From positions 1 through 46,337 of the IMG/VR virus record IMGVR_UViG_2740892428_000001: a stretch of DNA of 46,337 nucleotides. One strand, written 5' to 3'. This document shows positions 42,811 through 46,337 of this stretch, in pieces. The stretch comes from a virus. Its lineage: Duplodnaviria; Heunggongvirae; Uroviricota; Caudoviricetes. The notes beneath the pieces were generated by a model. It saw nothing but the letters and a program-made list of their open reading frames with translations. It searched no databases and was not told the origin of the DNA. The position numbers and the translations under genes were made by a program. The stretch's first letter is position 1. Every line of letters begins with the position of its first letter.

Positions 42811-43350
42811 CGTATGTGAACAGACACGTCTATGGCACGGTCAGCGTCTGTCTGAGCGATACAGGCACGGACGTTGCTATCCACAAGCATTAATTATCAG
42901 GAAACTGGGACCGCTCCCCAAGCATGATGTATTGAAACGAAGACATTTACACAATGATAGAAAAAATACTAAAATAATGATTCAACTCAAAGAGTTGATG
43001 TACATAAAATGCCTCACCGGCATAGGTGAACATTTTCATGGGTGGGGAAAAACATGATGTGGACCACACTTCCCCCTCTAAAAAGAGGGGAAAGAGTATG
43101 GTTTTGTTGTACACTAAAGGCCATATGGTTTTTTATTATGTTTGGATAAGATAAATGAATGTAATAGCATTTAATGAAATAGAATCTAGCATCGCCGCCA
43201 ATGATCAGGTTGATTCTATCTGCATTGAATTAACAACATTTAATCAAGATAATGTCATTTCATTTGAAAGTAAAAAGAAAAATAAAGAAATTCTTGATGC
43301 ATTTTTTGAAATAATAAATACTGATATAGTTTTCGACTAGGTAATTAGCA

Positions 43351-44946
43351 ATGGCTGAAGCAGCAAAAAAAACTCCACAAAAGCTGAATGAAAAAAAAGG
43401 CTCAACATCAGCATCATCACTTGAGATTGTGAATTCACGACAATCAAAAGATATTTATCTTGGATTGTGTGGATATGTTGGATGTGGCATGAGAACGATA
43501 AACAAAATTATCGAAGAGATATCCAAAGAATGGGGGTATAATGTTGTACACATCCGCATAAGTGCGCTTATGGAAAACCCATTATATTTTGAGCCAGCAG
43601 CACTGGAGGTATCCGAAAGCACACAAGTTAATAGACATTTAAAACTCCAGGATATTGCCAATAAGCTTCGTAAACATTACAAAAAAAATGAGTTGCTTGC
43701 AGAAGCTGCTATTGCAGCAATCGCAGCAGAGAAAAATAATATTGATTATAATAATGATGAATATAAAGGTACTGTCTTCATCATTGATCAATTCAAAAGG
43801 CCGGAAGAAATAGAGTTATTCAGAGTTATATATCAGCATAATTTCTATTTATTAGGAGTTTTGCGCGATTTAGATTACCGAATTCCGAATCTCATTGCTG
43901 ACGAATCGACAAAGGACGACCTTCATTTAATTATCAATATTGATAATAAATCCTCTGATCCGTATGGACAAAGAACCGGGGAAACCATTCTTGATTCAGA
44001 TTTTTTTATTAAAAATAACTTCAGCCAAAAAAGTGAATTAAAGAAGAAGATTGATCGGTTTTTCGGTCTTATTCATGGCAAAAATGGTTTAACACCAACT
44101 TTTAACGAGAAAGGTATGTATGCTGCCTTTTCAACATCATTACAATCAGCTTGTTTATCACGTCAAGTAGGGGCTGCACTGTTTGATGATGAAGGGAATT
44201 TGCTTGCCGTGGGTAAGAACGACGTACCTAAAGCTGGTGGCGGGTTGTATAGCAGTGATGATTTTGATAACGATCATCGATGCGTTCACAAAAGTGGTAA
44301 GTGTTATAATGATGCAAACAAGCTAAAAATTAAAGACCGTATAAAAAGCATATTATCAACCGAAGTAAGAAATGTATTAGGTATTTCCGCAGGACAAACT
44401 GTTGCCGATATTAATATAACACGACTTCTAAACAAATTAGATAATATTGCAGAAGGCATTTACAAAGACAGCAAAATATCAAGTGTAATGGAGTATTCCA
44501 GATCAATTCATGCTGAAATGGACGTCATTACATCAATGGCTAGAAAACAAAACGGCGATACTAAAGATAAAATTCTTTTTACGACAACCTATCCCTGCCA
44601 CAACTGTGCAAGGCATATTGTCGCAGCTGGAATAAAAAAAGTAGTATATATAGAGCCATTTGATAAAAGCCTTGCTCTTGATCTGCATAATGATGCAATA
44701 ACAAAGAACGAAGAATCATCCAAAGTAATATTTTGTGATTTTGAGGGGGTATCACCCCGCCGCTACCATAAATTTTTCAGACCAACGGATGAACGTAAAG
44801 ATGATAAAACAGGGACTGCAAATAAATTTAATGCTCGCTACAAAAATCATATAGATGTTCAATATCTTGATGATTATAGAAAGTATGAGACTGTTGTAGC
44901 TAAGAAATTTATAAACGAGATTGCTAAACCAGAGTCTCAGCCATAA
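43351..44946 (+). CDS. kinase-like / deoxycytidylate (CMP/dCMP-type) deaminase fusion; candidate AvcD/DCD-family nucleotide-depleting anti-phage protein
   Basis: 531 aa. N-terminal P-loop-like segment GLCGYVGCGMRT (aa 38-49) and hhhhD segment VFIIDQF; C-terminal deaminase fold with SACLSRQVGAALFD, zinc-binding H387-A-E389 and P415-C416-H-N-C419. Confidence 0.7.
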   Translation: MAEAAKKTPQKLNEKKGSTSASSLEIVNSRQSKDIYLGLCGYVGCGMRTINKIIEEISKEWGYNVVHIRISALMENPLYFEPAALEVSESTQVNRHLKLQDIANKLRKHYKKNELLAEAAIAAIAAEKNNIDYNNDEYKGTVFIIDQFKRPEEIELFRVIYQHNFYLLGVLRDLDYRIPNLIADESTKDDLHLIINIDNKSSDPYGQRTGETILDSDFFIKNNFSQKSELKKKIDRFFGLIHGKNGLTPTFNEKGMYAAFSTSLQSACLSRQVGAALFDDEGNLLAVGKNDVPKAGGGLYSSDDFDNDHRCVHKSGKCYNDANKLKIKDRIKSILSTEVRNVLGISAGQTVADINITRLLNKLDNIAEGIYKDSKISSVMEYSRSIHAEMDVITSMARKQNGDTKDKILFTTTYPCHNCARHIVAAGIKKVVYIEPFDKSLALDLHNDAITKNEESSKVIFCDFEGVSPRRYHKFFRPTDERKDDKTGTANKFNARYKNHIDVQYLDDYRKYETVVAKKFINEIAKPESQP

Positions 44947-44952
44947 CTGTTT

Positions 44953-44993
44953 CCACTCCTTATTTCTGTAAGGATAAGGAGTGGTATTTTTAT
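44953..44993 (+). terminator. intrinsic terminator after the deaminase gene
   Basis: 11-bp stem CCACTCCTTAT/ATAAGGAGTGG with a 10-nt loop, followed by TATTTTTAT. Confidence 0.6.
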
Positions 44994-45098
44994 AAGTATA
45001 ATGACTGCCTCTTCATAAATCAGCAAATCGAAATATCAGCAACCAGTTAATTATAATCCAAGAATCATTACTATTTTCTTACTCTGTATGTCCATTCA

Positions 45099-46337
45099 TT
45101 ATTCAATAGGCTGTCTGTTGGAACCTAAATTAGTGTAAGTAAGAATCGAATCAACCCTATCCCACCATGCCTGATAGGCTTTACGCTGTTCTTCTAGATA
45201 ATCACTCTTATCATAAACTTGCCATACCCCTGGCAGTTTATGACCGAGCATTATTTCAGCAATATGAGGCGCAGTAAGATCAGAAAAGTTTGTTCGTGCT
45301 GTTCGTCTCAAATCATGAAGAGACCAATGAGGAAATTGATACCCCAAACGCCGCCATGCGTACTGCATTAAATTGTAAGGCAGCGACTGCAATGATGTCC
45401 GACCAACTGGCTCCTTGCTTCCTTCCTTGGTAAAAAGCATATCGGAACCGTTGTTCATAGAGATAACGTATTTTATAAGCTCTTCAACCGGTTCAATAAT
45501 GGGGCGCTTTAGCGGTTCGCCTGTTATATCACCTGTCTTATGTCGTTCTGGCGGTACAGTCCATACCTTATTAATGAAATCAAAATCATCCACCCTGGCA
45601 GTAATCAGCTCTGAACTACGACAGCCGAAATGCAGCAATAGTTTAATGAAGGCCCGGTATTTGGGAACCATTCGAGAACCATCGATCGCAGCATAAAGAA
45701 TTTTAATTTCATCGTGTGTCAGAAACCGTTTCTTCTGACCTTTACGGATATCCATATCTTTACCCGTGATGTCCGACAGCGGGCGAGTTTCAATAAACTT
45801 TCGCTTATACGCCCAGACATGGGCCTGCTTTGCGTTAATTAGCAATCGGTCTGCTATTGCCGGAGTCTTAGTGCTAAGAGGCTCCAGGACCTCTAACCAA
45901 TCATGCAATGTAGCTGCATCATGAGGGATACTCCCGATTTTAGAGAACAGATGCAGTTCAAATGAGCGGAGTATCTGCTCAGAACCTTTTTTATTTTTTA
46001 CACAATATGCTTCATACCAGGCACGGATCACAGACTCTACCGTCATGGCTTCAGTAGCTTTGCGTTTTTCTGCCTGCCTGACCAATCGTGGATTGCGGTT
46101 TGACTCAAGTTCACCACGAAGACGGATAACTTCTTCTCTGGCCTCTTTTAATCCAGTTGCCGGGTAAGTTCCGATATCAAGTCGCTCGCCTTTCCCTGCC
46201 CATTGATAACGATATTGGAACACTACGCGACCTTTCGGTGATACTCTGACAGACAGACCATCACGATCTGATTTAACCAAAACCTTATCGCGTTCCTTTC
46301 CAACGACTGAACGCAACCACGCATCAGACAGCGCCAT
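45099..46337 (-). CDS. int: tyrosine integrase (P4-like family); 5' end may continue beyond the window
   Basis: 412-aa ORF running to the window edge; N-terminal arm-binding-like region (GLSVRVSPKGRVVFQYRYQWAGKGERLDIGTYP) and C-terminal catalytic region with R...HxLRR...Y (HDLRRTARTN...GH...Y). Confidence 0.85.
   Translation of the reverse strand: MALSDAWLRSVVGKERDKVLVKSDRDGLSVRVSPKGRVVFQYRYQWAGKGERLDIGTYPATGLKEAREEVIRLRGELESNRNPRLVRQAEKRKATEAMTVESVIRAWYEAYCVKNKKGSEQILRSFELHLFSKIGSIPHDAATLHDWLEVLEPLSTKTPAIADRLLINAKQAHVWAYKRKFIETRPLSDITGKDMDIRKGQKKRFLTHDEIKILYAAIDGSRMVPKYRAFIKLLLHFGCRSSELITARVDDFDFINKVWTVPPERHKTGDITGEPLKRPIIEPVEELIKYVISMNNGSDMLFTKEGSKEPVGRTSLQSLPYNLMQYAWRRLGYQFPHWSLHDLRRTARTNFSDLTAPHIAEIMLGHKLPGVWQVYDKSDYLEEQRKAYQAWWDRVDSILTYTNLGSNRQPIE

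Noticed and set aside
42791-43057. 88-aa ORF after the excisionase gene
   Set aside because: Overlaps the excisionase 3' end in another frame, has odd composition and no RBS; more likely intergenic, ending at the hairpin at 43071-43093.
43155-43340. 61-aa ORF immediately upstream of the deaminase gene
   Set aside because: Not annotated as a CDS: AT-rich, no convincing RBS, and the position is where an antitoxin-like sRNA would be expected; kept as a finding instead.

Overview
The whole 46.3 kb window lies inside one near-complete lambda-like (lambdoid) prophage of an enterobacterial host. Almost all structural genes are on the minus strand in lambda order, and many translated ORFs are near-identical to lambda proteins as I recall them. 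Reading left to right on the + strand: a ydfK-like gene and a Pin-family serine invertase (1-1204); a mosaic tail-fibre module (1432-5130); the lambda-type tail genes J-I-K-L-M-H-T/G-V-U-Z (5183-16092, with the G-T -1 frameshift site intact); head and packaging genes FII-FI-E-D-C/Nu3-B-W-A-Nu1 (16104-23878); an internal cosN (24056-24067); a Qin-like lysis and moron cassette with three cold-shock paralogues, a pinholin, an endolysin and an apparently frameshifted Rz with embedded Rz1 (24267-30238); a Q antiterminator with a candidate pR'/tR' unit (30531-31455); a nin-like region with DUF968, KilA-N, RusA, a LexA-type DNA-binding protein and a Dam-like methyltransferase (31427-34770); a replication initiator with internal iteron-like repeats (35261-36067); the immunity region with cro-like, YdaT-like and cI-like genes and TTGC-N7-GCAA operator dyads (37430-39132); a + strand early operon resembling yfdP-Q-R-S-T plus an AlpA-like excisionase (39727-42810); and a tyrosine integrase at the right edge (45099-46337). 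The most interesting cargo is a 531-aa kinase-like/deoxycytidylate-deaminase fusion between the excisionase and the integrase (43351-44946). I read it as an AvcD/DCD-type nucleotide-depletion anti-phage protein, which is a described family rather than a new one, with a possible cis-encoded RNA partner in the AT-rich stretch upstream. The second candidate is a ~590-nt structured, apparently non-coding leader downstream of a pL-like promoter (39133-39726). No tRNA, rRNA, CRISPR array or IS element was recognised. All calls come from reading the sequence and recalling protein families; no searches were run.
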